A stretch of 64,000 nt of DNA, taken from positions 31,310,001 through 31,374,000 of the forward strand of contig JBHGNT010000001.1 in the NCBI GenBank assembly GCA_043228905.1. Reading direction: 5' to 3'. Below, one piece after another: positions 13,731-25,939 of the stretch. The DNA comes from Azolla caroliniana. Its lineage: Eukaryota; Plantae; Polypodiophyta. How positions within the stretch are numbered: the first letter of the stretch is position 1; every line of letters begins with the position of its first letter. A program made the translations under genes and the position numbers. The notes beneath the pieces are model-generated. The model made no database searches. It was not told the origin of the DNA and was given only the letters and a program-made list of their open reading frames with translations.

Positions 13731-13979
13731 AAGGCACACCCAAAAAGCTCTTCCATCACCTATCAAGTTAGACATTCGGTGCAAAAAGAATCCATTTTAC
13801 AGATTAAATGTCTCTCAATTCCATCATTTCATTTTATTTTAGTCCAACTAATCCAGGTGTAGCTGAAATAAGTTGAAGCTTCTTTGTTCATCAGAAGAGC
13901 CTGTCTTAAACAGTAAATATGGATGCCATTCTCTTATTTTTTTCTTTTCTGAACTCTTCATTCATTATTTGGTAAAAAT

Positions 13980-14992
13980 TCAAAATCCAGACCCTGAAAT
14001 TTGTTCACCAGCAGTTGTACCAACTCCAGGACCACCAGTACGATATGCATATAGAAACTCTGTTGAAACACCATCTAGTGGACGAGGAGTGATTCCCAGG
14101 TCCTTGAAAGTTAAAGCTACAAATAAACAAAAACAAAATCAAATACTAGCCAGATACAGTTTCAAGGTTAAAAACAAGGAAACAGAGGTTTGGCGAAGAA
14201 AAAATACTGTAGAAGTCTCATGAATAAAATATTCTGATTACAAACAAATCATTAAAATTTTCCATTCGTTCATGAACATTCAAACAATAACAATGAAAAT
14301 AAAATTCCCTATTTTTGGCTAAGAAAATAACTACAACATCTAATATCACTGCCCATTGAGCAAGCCTAATAACAAGTCCAGTGCTTATAAAACCATACAT
14401 AAGCATGCATTAAAAGGGGAGAAAAGGGTCAAGTATAAATGAGAACAGAGAGAGACCTCCATCAGCAACAACTTGATCAACGGATACTGTGTCCAAGAAA
14501 TCTTTGCTGAACATGCTTCTTGAAGATATTGGCAATCGAAGCTTCTTGAACACATAGTCTCTGGGTATTGAAACCATCTATACAAGAAAAACCAAATTCA
14601 TATATTTATATAACTATGAAGCCCAATGATCTTGAATATGCAAAAGAAAAATAGGAAATTCCTAGGATTGTTAATGACATGCAGAACCATAATAACTTCT
14701 GAATAAATTAATTACATGATAAAGACTGACTAGCATCACATAATGGATAACTATCTACAATTGTGAAAAGAGACATCCATGTATCAAAATATTGAACCAG
14801 ACTGACCTCCTCACTGCCCATCAGATACAGGAACCCATGAAGTAAGGATTTCAAACTGGATTGAACAAAAACATAACATTTTCTACCCCCTTGTACAAAA
14901 GGATGACAGGTAACACACCTGAGGAATAAAAGTTGGAATGTTCATCATCCGTGGGTGCTCCCGGATAGTGTCGAATACTTGAAGCACCTGGA

Positions 14993-15044
<52 letters not shown>

Positions 15045-18000
15045 TTAGCTTACCCTAGTGGTAAGTTGTAAGAATACCCATGAAAGGCCTTGGGTTCAAG
15101 GCTCGACTTTCACACCTCTATCACACCATACATATCTTCTATCTTCTTAATTTTGCAAGATGCTAATGGAATGACCTTCTGGTCTCTGCCAGACAACCTT
15201 ACCAACTGAACTACATTCCCTATTTCTGTGTCCGAATTACAAACATAGCCTGAAAGTTTATATGACGGATAACACGGTAGAAACTGCTAAAATTCTAGAA
15301 CCATGCATTGGCGTATGACTTCTAAAGCAAAATTCTATTCTAGGCTATACAATGTACATTCATTTTCTGTCTCTGAATAAAACATAAGAGGCAAAGTTCA
15401 GAAAGAAGGAAACATACCAGATCCTTGACACTGAAAATATCAGGTCCCCCCAAATCATAAGTTTTACCCATACTGGTGCCATCATCTTTTACAGCTGCCA
15501 CAATGGCTGCTGCTACATCCATCACATGAACTGCTTGCAATCTGATATAAATAGCAGAAATTGAATAAGTAGACGAGATTATCATTTAGTGATGAAGTCC
15601 AAGATACCTTCAAAGAGGCATGGATACATTTAATTACAATATATGAATCATCATAAATCTTTTTTCCTATAGTTGCAATCATTCTGTAGTCCCAAACAAG
15701 CAATCCAGCATCTATCCCAAAGCCTCCCCAACAAACACATCGACAGGAACAGCAATATCAGTGCAGAGAGTTATTACTTGAAGAATAGCAAGAGAAGTAG
15801 AGATGGGTCCGGTGGCAATGATGGAACAGAATGATTAATATAAACCTCCAGGATTAATAAAATGCTATTACATATTACAGATATGATCTTTATAATCAAA
15901 AGTAACAGGAATTTACCATCTACCTTCTTTAACTACTTTGCAAGTGAGCAAGTACAACCCTTTCAAATTAGTGCATATTACTGTATACAAAAACACATTT
16001 CACACAAAACACAATCCGTACATTTCATATGAAACCTGTACGAAAAATACGTTGATTTTGACATTAAAAAAATGTTTCTTTATTCTGAAAACAACGTTCT
16101 GAAGCTAATTTCCGAAATGACAGAGGGAAGAGACAGGTACTCACAAGTGTAGGGTCTCTCGTATTCAAGATATAATGCTGGAATTTTTTGAGGTACAACT
16201 AAAAAAATTTATTTTAAAAACACACTTTTTAATGTCAACTCTGACAGCTTTTTGAAGCAGGTTTCATATGGAATATGTATTTATATTATACTGTTTATGC
16301 CATCAGTGCATTTTTTGGTGTATCAAACTATTCTTCCTGAATAAATGTTGTTTCTAGTATAATAGCATTTGCATTAAAACAATGCAACTGGATAAATAAA
16401 TCAATCCAAATAGGCATTAATTATAAATCTAAAAAAATAAACTAACCAGAAAGTTCGCATTAGCATCTTATTCTCTTAAAGAACTTGTTCAAAACATGCC
16501 TTTTGCAAAATCTTAGATCAATAAATAAATCACCTTGTTTGACCATCACCGATTAGTGGGACAAATGGAAGATTCTTTGCTTGTTGTGCCCATATATTTA
16601 ATAAGCGATCTTCTGTTCCCACTAAGGGACCAGCTCTTAAGACTGTTGCCTGTACAATATGAAAATTAAAAGGCATAGAAATATTAACTATAACATTGTG
16701 GAAAATCAATCTAAATGTAACAGTTTAGCAACTACACTGGAATACTGAATATTAACAATTTGATATACCCCTGACACCTAGAACCTTGTATCCCAAAGGA
16801 TGCAAAACCCATTAAAATGTGGCACAGAGTAAGATTTATTCCTGCTTATGGAAACGATACACAGACTGGTTCTCTAATAATAGAAATGATACACAGACTA
16901 GTTATATGAATCATCAATGTAGCCATGCAATAGACGTATACAGCTTGGTATACCTGATATTTCTTGTTCATAGGATGAGCTATACGACAGCCACTTGTAA
17001 TTTGGCATGATAATATATTTTATATCCAGGATCATTTTGTGTCTTTCGATAGGTGGTAAATTTAGTTTTAAGAACAACATTATAAGATATTAACTTTTCT
17101 GGGCCAATCAATTGCAGTTATATGACTTCTGAAACGTGGAAAATATTAATCTTGGGTTCAGAGGCGATTCTAATTAATATTCCAGAAAAAGATTTTATGT
17201 AACATTACTGAAGAAATTCAGGAGCTAAGTTGCAAATCCTGGATGCAGAAAACAATTAATACAATAAAACATCCATTCAGAACCTAAAAATAGTGAACCT
17301 GTGGAAAATGTCGGAGGGCTATCTCATCAGCTATGGCTTTTGTACGGTACATCTTTGATGGTGATGTGATAGAAGCCCCTAGACAAGATGCTTGTACATA
17401 TCTAAGAATCCCACCATGTTGCTTTGACAACTACGTCATAAACCAAAAGTTCCACATCAGACAAATCATAACATAATGAGATATTAGAACTGATAACCCA
17501 TTATATATTAGCATACTCGAGAAATAGCTTCTGTAATTCCAATGTGAACATCATCAAAAGTGAAATTTCGAGTCTCAAACTCCCTTCCTACAAGGAGCAA
17601 GGCAAGTTATTAATATAATAAAAATTAAATTTGATGATGATGAACCACCAAGCTCATTGAATATGTTTCATGCCACACCAATGAGATTGATGACAACATT
17701 CGACTTTGCAATGGCCGACTTGATGGAGTTCTCATCTCGTGGATCGAATTTCATTGGAACAACCTGCATACTAACAGATGTTCAAAGTATGCTTACATTT
17801 GTAAGATTATAGTGTGCCAAAAATAGGAGCCCATAGCATTTCTAAATAGCAACAAACATTTTAATGCAAGTCAGGAAGTTCACATGCCTGTCCAAGATCT
17901 CCCATAAGCTTAAGATGTCGTGGTGAATCTTCTGATCCTCTGAATGGAACCATAACTTGAGATCCCATTTTTGCTGTTTTGACAAACATAAAATGAGATC

Positions 18001-21000
18001 AAGCTAAGTGGATATGCAAATGTAAAAAATCTTAAGTCTTCCCTTGTTTATTTTGCTTTCTGTTCTGGAGTTACCAACTTCAAAAGAACCTCTAGTTTCC
18101 TCAACCACAAGATAGCCCAAAACGTTCAACTAACAGTGGCGTATTATACTAGAACTAATAACAAGCTAAGTTGATATGCAAACATAAAATGAGATCAAGC
18201 TAAGTTGATATGCAAATGTAAAAAAACTTAAGTCTCCTCTTGTTTATTTTGCTTTCTGTTCTGGAGTTACGAACTTCAAAAGAACCTCTAGTTTCATCGA
18301 CCATAAGATAGCCCAAAAAGTTCTACTAGCGGTGGCGTATTATAAAAGAACTAATAACAAATCAAGTCCCCAGTGAGAAACAAAGAGCTTTGCACACACA
18401 TAGGTGATACATCAAAGGTTCGAACACACATAACAGGCACAGCAAAGATATTTTCACACATACATAATATCACCAAAAACCAGAAGTAAAGAATACCCTC
18501 CTATACACAATTGTGCATGTACAAACATGCCATGACATAAAGATTGATGCCAAACCAGCATACCAAGTTGCTGCACGACATAGCGACCAAGAAATCCCGT
18601 CGATCCAAAAACTGTTGCAACAATACCACTGACATATATCCCCAGTTATAGTCAAATTAAAATTTATAATCATCAAAAATAATAAAGTTTGAATGCATGT
18701 ATACAGATCATCCAGTGCCCACCTGACAGACGACCTCCCACCAGTTCCTTTCGAAATGATATAATGACCATCCTTCACGGCTAAGCTTGAACCATTCCTT
18801 GTTATTGTAAATTCATGCCCTACAATTTCAAGCAGACACCAGATTTGGAAAAATATCGTAATAACATACTTGAACAAACATAATACACTGGTGAGATCCA
18901 CATCTTTCAACATAAAACTCCTCCAAACTCATGTCGACCCCCAAAAGAGTGTTATTTCATCTCAAAAATGACCAATGGTTCATGTTTCCTTTAGTGCAGC
19001 CATGGAGTGATTAATGGAGGCAGAGTTTTGTAAGACCATATCGATTGCATATGCCTCAAAACTCCTGTGTCAACCCCCAAAAGAGTGCTATTTGACCTCA
19101 AAAGCAACTGATGGTTAATGCTTCAAATTGAGCAGCTATAGATTAATGGAAGCAAACTTTAGAGTGCTATTTGACCTCAAAAGCAACCAATGGTTAATGT
19201 CTCAATTTGTGCAGCCATAGAGAGATTAATAGAAGCAAACTTTGGAAAGAATTTACGGATTCCATATGCAATTCAAACACTTGACTTATTTATGGAGTAC
19301 ATTGGAGATTTGGCATCATTGAAAACCCCATTACAAAAAGCTATGAAGATTGAAACATGGAGGGAGCTCGCCTAGGTCTACATGTGTTCATGAGAGACAA
19401 GGAGCTTGAGTTACAAAGCATGTGGAATAGTACTTGAAGCTCGAGGAAGAAAGAGCTTTTAGAAATACTTGGAAAGATGTATGATTGGAGAAAAGGATCA
19501 TTCATGGTGTTGAAGCTTTACTTCATCCATCCTATTAAGATCCCGTTTTTGCATATAAGCCTGAGTTGTTGAAGGAGTGTGATGCATTCCTTCCAAATGG
19601 TGCCCATGGAAGACCCTCACGGAGAATTCACAGAGACATCAATAATTACAATAAACAAAAGGATGGACCTTCTTTTGCATCAGGGAGTTTCTTGTGGGTG
19701 GGAATCGTTTGGATATAGCCATCTATATCTGCAAACTGTCATACTGAGGCTTCTAGCTCAAGTTTGCTCATCATAATTGCGTGAGAGAAATAAGAGTGAT
19801 TTCTCTTATTCACTGAAAGATCCAGAATAGATTGAGCACTAAGAAATTAGAGCAATCACTATATTGTCGCGCCAATATGTGCTTATTGAAAGCATGGAAA
19901 ACATGGAAGATGTATGACAAGCTAATGTAGATGTTTTCAACTTGAATTTAAGAAACTTGCCAATACATGAAGAAGAACAAAAACGTATGATCAATTATAA
20001 AAAGACATTGAGGAGACTGAGCGAAGGATATCATTCACTAGCGGTACCAACAACACTCAAAAAGAACATCAACACCAAGGACTTCAACTGATGGACAAAG
20101 AGATATTAGTGAGGCCAAATATCATAATGAGGAGACCTAGTTAGTGAAGATGATTTTGTGTTTACTCCAGACATCAAAGAGGCATATGATATTGAAGATG
20201 TTAAGTTTGATCATTAATTGCATGATGAATATAAATATTAAACATCTATCATTTTCGGATAATCTAGTAAAAAATTTTACCATTAAAATTTGGCATCTAC
20301 TTTGTAAATTGTACCATTTTGTTGTCAATCTAGTTTATTGAATCCTAATGTGGGATATTCTTATACTCATTTTACTGATTGGATTTCTTTGAATCATATA
20401 TTACAATACAAGTCGTGAAGATTGTAAATACACATTGCTGCACATAGTGCATGTACCATATCATACAACTTAACAATCTTATATTTGAGAATAAATAAAA
20501 AGTCAGAGGCATTTTGAATATTTTCCCTTATAAAATTAATCAATATATGTATGTATATATAGAATACATCTTTTGTATATGCCTACATGTTATATGTATA
20601 TAGATATCGTTTTTATTTATTTATTTCTGTATATAGAGAATAAAAGAAGTTTAGCGGATAAACCGCCCAAGGCTTACAAAAGAGAATTAGTCTATCATTC
20701 CTAGAAAAGAAGGTGGTTTTAATTAGATCAGGTTCTCGAATTGAACTGAGAACAGGAAAAAAGGTGCCCTCTATGCCAAAAAAACCTCAAAAAGAATTGA
20801 ACAACCACTTGAAACATTCTTTACGGGAAGAAATCCAGCTGAAATAGAAAAAAATAGTGAATTTATTCTAATTTCTTGTATATTTCAAGCATAACCTTTT
20901 TCCAACTTTGCAAGCAAGACCTTTACACTGTACAGTGCCAGCATTTCAACACAGAGGCCATTGCAGCAAAAGGTCAAAATGGCAAGGACATTACTCAGAT

Positions 21001-21690
21001 TTGAACAGAATTAGCAGGCAAAACCTTTGTGGCTTCCAGACACCATTCAACAGAACAATTTGTAAAAAGAAATTAAAAAAAGCAATGAATCTACTCCAAT
21101 TTGAACAGAATGTAGGATTGAACCTCCCTCCATGCTTCTATGGTTTAGTATCCAAAAAAAACACCGGCCAATGTAGACATGATCGTGAATTTATTCTGAC
21201 TTGAAGAAAATAAAATATTGAACTTGCATGCTTCAAGATTTTAACAGTCACAAACATAACCAAAGGTTGAAGGTAAAAAGCAAGGAATTTATTCCAATTT
21301 GAGCAAAACACAACATTGTACTTCAATGTATCTAAGTTTTTTAACAGAGAAACGTGAAACCCTAAAGATCGAAGGCAAAAAACAAGGAATTTACTCAGAT
21401 TTATACAAGATACGGCACTAAACCAGAAAATTTCTACAATTCAATAATAAAATGAAAAGCACCGCAAAGATCAACAGAATTTACTCAAATTGAAAGGAGA
21501 TAAAATATTGCACCTCCATGTTTCTAAGGTTCGCGAGTAAAAAAAAATACAAACTTAACTGCAAAAGAAGAAGAATAAAGAATAGGCCGATCTACTCACA
21601 GGTGTTATGGTCGAATGGAAGGGACGCAGCAGGGGAACGTATGTTGCATCTTCCCCAAGCGATCGTTTTTCGCATAGCTCCTGCTTGCAT
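13980..21690 (-). CDS. NDUFA9: NADH dehydrogenase (ubiquinone) 1 alpha subcomplex subunit 9 (complex I 39 kDa, SDR fold), 12 exons
   Basis: Exons 21690-21600, 18819-18723, 18628-18564, 17973-17888, 17763-17679, 17587-17517, 17430-17299, 16649-16534, 15541-15418, 14987-14919, 14577-14457, 14116-13980; phases consistent. Motifs [61 protein letters not shown]. Arg-rich N-terminus resembles a mitochondrial presequence. Confidence 0.95.
15041..15220. mobile_element. tRNA-derived double-headed SINE-like element, copy 1 (NDUFA9 intron 9)
   Basis: + strand A-box-like TACCCTAGTGG (15051) and B-box-like GGTTCAAGGC (~15093); - strand A-box-like TAGTTCAGTTGG (15213-15202). Colinear with 39081-39278 and abuts (TC)n at 14997-15040. 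Confidence 0.7.
17984..18358. repeat. ~197-bp tandem duplication in NDUFA9 intron 3
   Basis: AAACATAAAATGAGATCAAGCTAAG...AGAACTAATAACAA occurs at ~17984 and ~18180. Confidence 0.9.
18915..19260. repeat. Degenerate triplicated block in NDUFA9 intron 1
   Basis: AGAGTG(T/C)TATTT..CTCAAAA....(A/C)..ATGGTT(C/A)ATG occurs at ~18946, ~19082 and ~19161. Confidence 0.75.
19480..19885 (+). mobile_element. Degenerate hAT transposase C-terminal dimerisation-domain relic inside NDUFA9 intron 1
   Basis: Frameshifted translation HGVEALLHP...WESFGYSHLYLQTVILRLLAQVCSS..ERNKSDFS..IQNRLSTKKLEQSLYCRANM matches the hAT pattern WW..G...P.L...A.RLL.Q..SS...ERN.S.F...H.K.RNRL. Confidence 0.75.
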
Positions 21691-24600
21691 CTTCCCCCCC
21701 TCCCTCTCTCCCCACTCACTCTCTCACTTTCTGGGAGTATGTAGAAGAAGAAATAAACAGATAGGCGAACGAAGACGAAGACGAAGCAGAAGAGGAAAAG
21801 AAGAGAAATTTTGGTCCTTCTCGGGAATTTGCGTAGGACGAGTTACAGTCCCCCCCCCCCCCCCCCTTTCCACGTAATTATGAAAATACCCCTCGCATTT
21901 TAACATTACCCTATACCCCCACGCACGAGCATGTTTTCAAGGGATTGAATCTCCCAATATGACAAAACCCAAGTTCGACCCACATTAGATTGGATCCCCA
22001 TGGATTTTCATTTATCTTCATATTGGAATGTACCCTAGAGATAAGTAGTCTTTTGTCGAGTGACCATGCAAGCATGCTATATTGGTGATCTTGCATTAGC
22101 CTATGCATATGCATATAATAATATGTCTATGGTGAAATGATAGCCTATTAGTTAAGGCTTAGATATGTATAATGGTGGTCATGGGTTTATCTTCGCCTAT
22201 TATCTCTTTGTGATGTCATGACATGATTACTGTTATTTTGTATATATGCTCGTAACATTATCCCTTTCCTTCAATGATGTGTTCCATAAGTCGCAATGCG
22301 CAATTTGAGACTTGGCTTATTGAGATATCGGTTATGAAATTTAGTAATAAGTCTCGTGTCATTAATGAGATTCTTAACAAGTTCATACGTTTCAGACCTA
22401 TTTGTATAGCCTAACCAATCAATCAAGCAATATAAATTGTATAAACAACCTTGGAGTCTAAAATGGTTGTCATCTCATATTTCGGACCATCAATAAACTA
22501 ACAACATGTGGGGCAACACAAGGGAATCAATTCAAAGCATAAGGTTCGAAAGTGATACATGGAACACTGTATGAAGATGCATAAGGGGTGGGAGATTAAG
22601 ACAAAACTCAACTTCGTTGATTTTGTTAGAGATTACATGTACCAAGACTTTGATTATCCAACTTGCTATAGTGCAGCTTGAAGGTTTTTACGTTACGTTA
22701 GAAGACCCACGCAATTCTGGACTCAAAACTTAGGTGCTTCTTGTGATGAGTTGAATGAATCTTCAAGATTGATTGTAAGTGGTAGGGAAAGGAGAATGCA
22801 ACTATTGGAATCAGAAAAATTCGTTTTTGGATATTCAAGCACCATCCAACGAGGATGACATCCCATGATGACAAAGAAGGGATTACACCTAGAAGAAAAA
22901 TGAACCCAACTATAGCAAACAACCGTTGCAATTTGCAACAAAAAAACAACCCAAACATCCAGTCAATGGTTGATGAAACGGTGAATATATTGCTTCAATA
23001 TTTGATTGATATGCTTGGCTTGATCATCAATATCTATACGGTAGCTTCAAGAGAGTTTGTACACAATATAGAGGAGCTCAAGCAAATGTTCCCAGAATTT
23101 TGAGATGAATTATGGGCCTCAATATTAATGACATAATTTGGCAAACCATGATCCATGAATACTTATCACATAATTGTATATGTTGTCTATTGACTATTGA
23201 TAGTCTTTGTGCATGCAATGAAATGTGCTACCTTAATGAATAGATCCACTATAGTGAGAATGGCATCAAAACATTTGAAAGACGGGATATCAATTGTTGA
23301 GAATCAAACTCAACTTCCCGAGTGTGGGAACACACTTTAGGAACACCCAAGTGTGTGAACATCCCACCTCCCTTGTATCTCCCTTGTATCATAACTAATG
23401 TGTTATAGAAGTTAAGTCCTATAACACATATTTAGTAGGTAGTTAAGTCTCAACCTCTTTTATAAGAGATGGTTGTACCAAGAGAATATAGAGAGAAGGT
23501 AAACTATATAAGCACCTTCTCCCTCCCTTTGTAAAATGTTGGTTCATTCTTGTTTTTATTGTTTTTTCAAAACAAAATATCCTTCCAAAACATTAGCTAC
23601 AACACTATGCTTTCGGTAGAGATTGTGCAACTATTGAAGCCAATCTATACCTCAACTCCTCCATCCATCACAAAATCTAATTTCATTTCAGTATGTACAA
23701 CCAAATCTCCCATGCAGCCACATGCTTTCAACATACCAAAAAATGATAGGTAAGAGGAAGCCTTGCACTAGCATTTGAGGATAAATTTGTATAGCATCCT
23801 CATTCTTATCTTGCTCAGTATAGCCCAATAACATGGCAATCCCTCGTACCACATCTTCAACCAGCAATAATTCATCAAAAAGCTCTTGGGCTTTAATTAT
23901 TGCTCAACAAATGCAAGCATAGTGACGGTTGATGTCAAATCGAAGGGTTTGAATAATCCAAAATGAATGCTTAAATAATCTTGGAATGCATTCTTGTTCT
24001 TGTTAATACAATTTTTCTTGTTTTCTGTATAACTCTCTCCGTTTCTATGTCTCTCTCGACTACACACACACACATATCTCTTATGCTGCACATCAATAAT
24101 AAAATCCTTTTGCATATATTGTGGCTTTTGAGAAAAACCAAAAAGTCAAAGAACAATTGTTTTGGTTGTGGAAACATAATAAATGACTTGTTTACCGAGA
24201 TTCATGTGCAAAGGCTTCTTACATTAGTGTGCATTAGTTGTCGCGTTGTACCACAATCACCAAACTAGATATTGTAATTGTGTTGTGTGTAGAGCTACCT
24301 TGGAAGCATGCTTTATGAATAAACAAGAGGAAGACTACTCAAGACATTCAACACCCGAAAAAACAACAATGGGCGGTCACAACAACCTCATAATGACAAA
24401 GTGGGATTTAACTTAAATACGAACATCCACTCCTCATGATGATGAAGTGGGGTGGATCTCGAATATGAGCTGATCACAGTATGGTGTTCAACTTTGCAAT
24501 TGAATATGAAGGGGTAAATTGCTTCAACGCTACCTTGCAAATCGTGTAATGTTGTTAAAACAACAAAGGCAACCACCGAAGGTTTTTTCCACAAAGGAAA

Positions 24601-24894
24601 TCATGACGGTGGCTGAACATTCAACATAAAGAGTGTTGTCCAATGGGTGGGAATTTTGAGCCATGTCATAAAGTGGAAGCTTTCTTCACTTTCTTTCGTA
24701 TTTTGTTTTTTCATTGAAATTCGGGATAAAATAGTGTTGTTTCTCACATTTTGATTACAATAGACTAACTAAATCCATGGAATTTTTTTCATGGCATCAT
24801 CGTAGCATGGAAAGTGTTCCTCCTCCACACTACAAGAAAGCATCGCGAACTTTTCATTTAGAAGAGGCAAAAAAAATGGTGTCGGCCCGGCCAT

Positions 24895-25089
24895 ATTGCA
24901 CGTAAATCTGTCCACAAACCTATGTAAACAGGGTTAAAAGCGGTGGATAGCCTAGTCCCTACAGGTCGTGGTCAACGGGAACTGATAATCGGCGACCGAC
25001 AAACTGGAAAGACTACCATAGCTATTGATACCATTCTGAACTAGAAACCAATCACTGCATAGGGCACCTTCGATAGTGAAAAATTGTAC
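24895..25089 (+). pseudogene. atp1: Nuclear insert of mitochondrial atp1 (F1 alpha) fragment (NUMT)
   Basis: One frame reads [62 protein letters not shown], covering the Walker A GDRQTGKT region. [17 protein letters not shown] and the insertion after ILNQ are mitochondrial rather than plastid features. No introns; three stops. Confidence 0.92.
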
Positions 25090-25359
25090 AATAAAGTTGC
25101 TTGCTAGCTTAGCTATAATTAGTACTTCTCATGAAGGTTGGAAGCCCAATTCTTGCTCCCATTATTGAGGAATTTGAGGTTATTTTTACAAAACTGCTTC
25201 TTCTAGTTTTTAGTCGTATAATTGAACGAATTTTTTAGTGCTTTTATCGTTTTACCGAACCGAACCGAACCGAACCGAAGAAGAGATACAGACACACACA
25301 CACGCACAGTCGCAGATGAGTGCGATTTTTATCCACTGATCGAGGTGTTCGCTCAATCT

Positions 25360-25830
25360 TCTCTTCTTCTTCTCCGTCTTTTTTCTTCTTCTTCTCCCGC
25401 TGCGGAATTTGTTTCGATCCGCAGAAGAAGCCCCCCCCCCCTCTCTCTCTCTCTCTCCCTCCATCGCTATTCCCGTTGCTTCTTCTTCTTCTTCTTCTTC
25501 TTCCTCTTCATCTCTCGCTCTCTGTTTCTTTCTCTTCTCTCTCCTCCACAGGTTTTCGCCTCTCCCTCCCGCAGAATCAATCTCTTTTGACCTGCAGCTA
25601 CCTAAAAGCGTTCTCCATTGCTTTTGCCTCCTCCTCGCCACCGCTCGCTCCCTGTTTCTTCTCTTCGTCTCCACATCTTTTTCCAGCTGGCAGAATTCCT
25701 TTTGACCTACAGAATCTTTCTCCATTGCCTCGCCACTACTACTACTACTACTACTACTACTATGACTATGACTATGACTATGACTACTACTACTACGTCT
25801 TCTTCTTCTTCTTCTTCTTCTTCTTCATAT
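25360..25830. repeat. Microsatellite-rich region: (CT)n, (CTT)n, (ACT)n/(GACTAT)n; probable promoter/5' UTR of the downstream + strand gene
   Basis: SSRs read directly. The same pyrimidine-rich leader architecture precedes KAB1 and the F-box gene. The long ORFs here are SSR artefacts. Confidence 0.7.
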
Positions 25831-25939
25831 CTCTCTGGCTCATGCGCTTTCTCCCTTTTCTTTTCCTTTTACGTGCGTCTCTTTTTTCCTTTTACTTCAT
25901 TTCATTAGCTGATCTGTATTCAAAATTCGTTCTATCTCC

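Noticed and set aside
23294-23560. Possible solo LTR (TGTTGAGA start, small TGTGTTATAG/CTATAACACA hairpin)
   Set aside because: No confident end, TSD, PBS or second copy.
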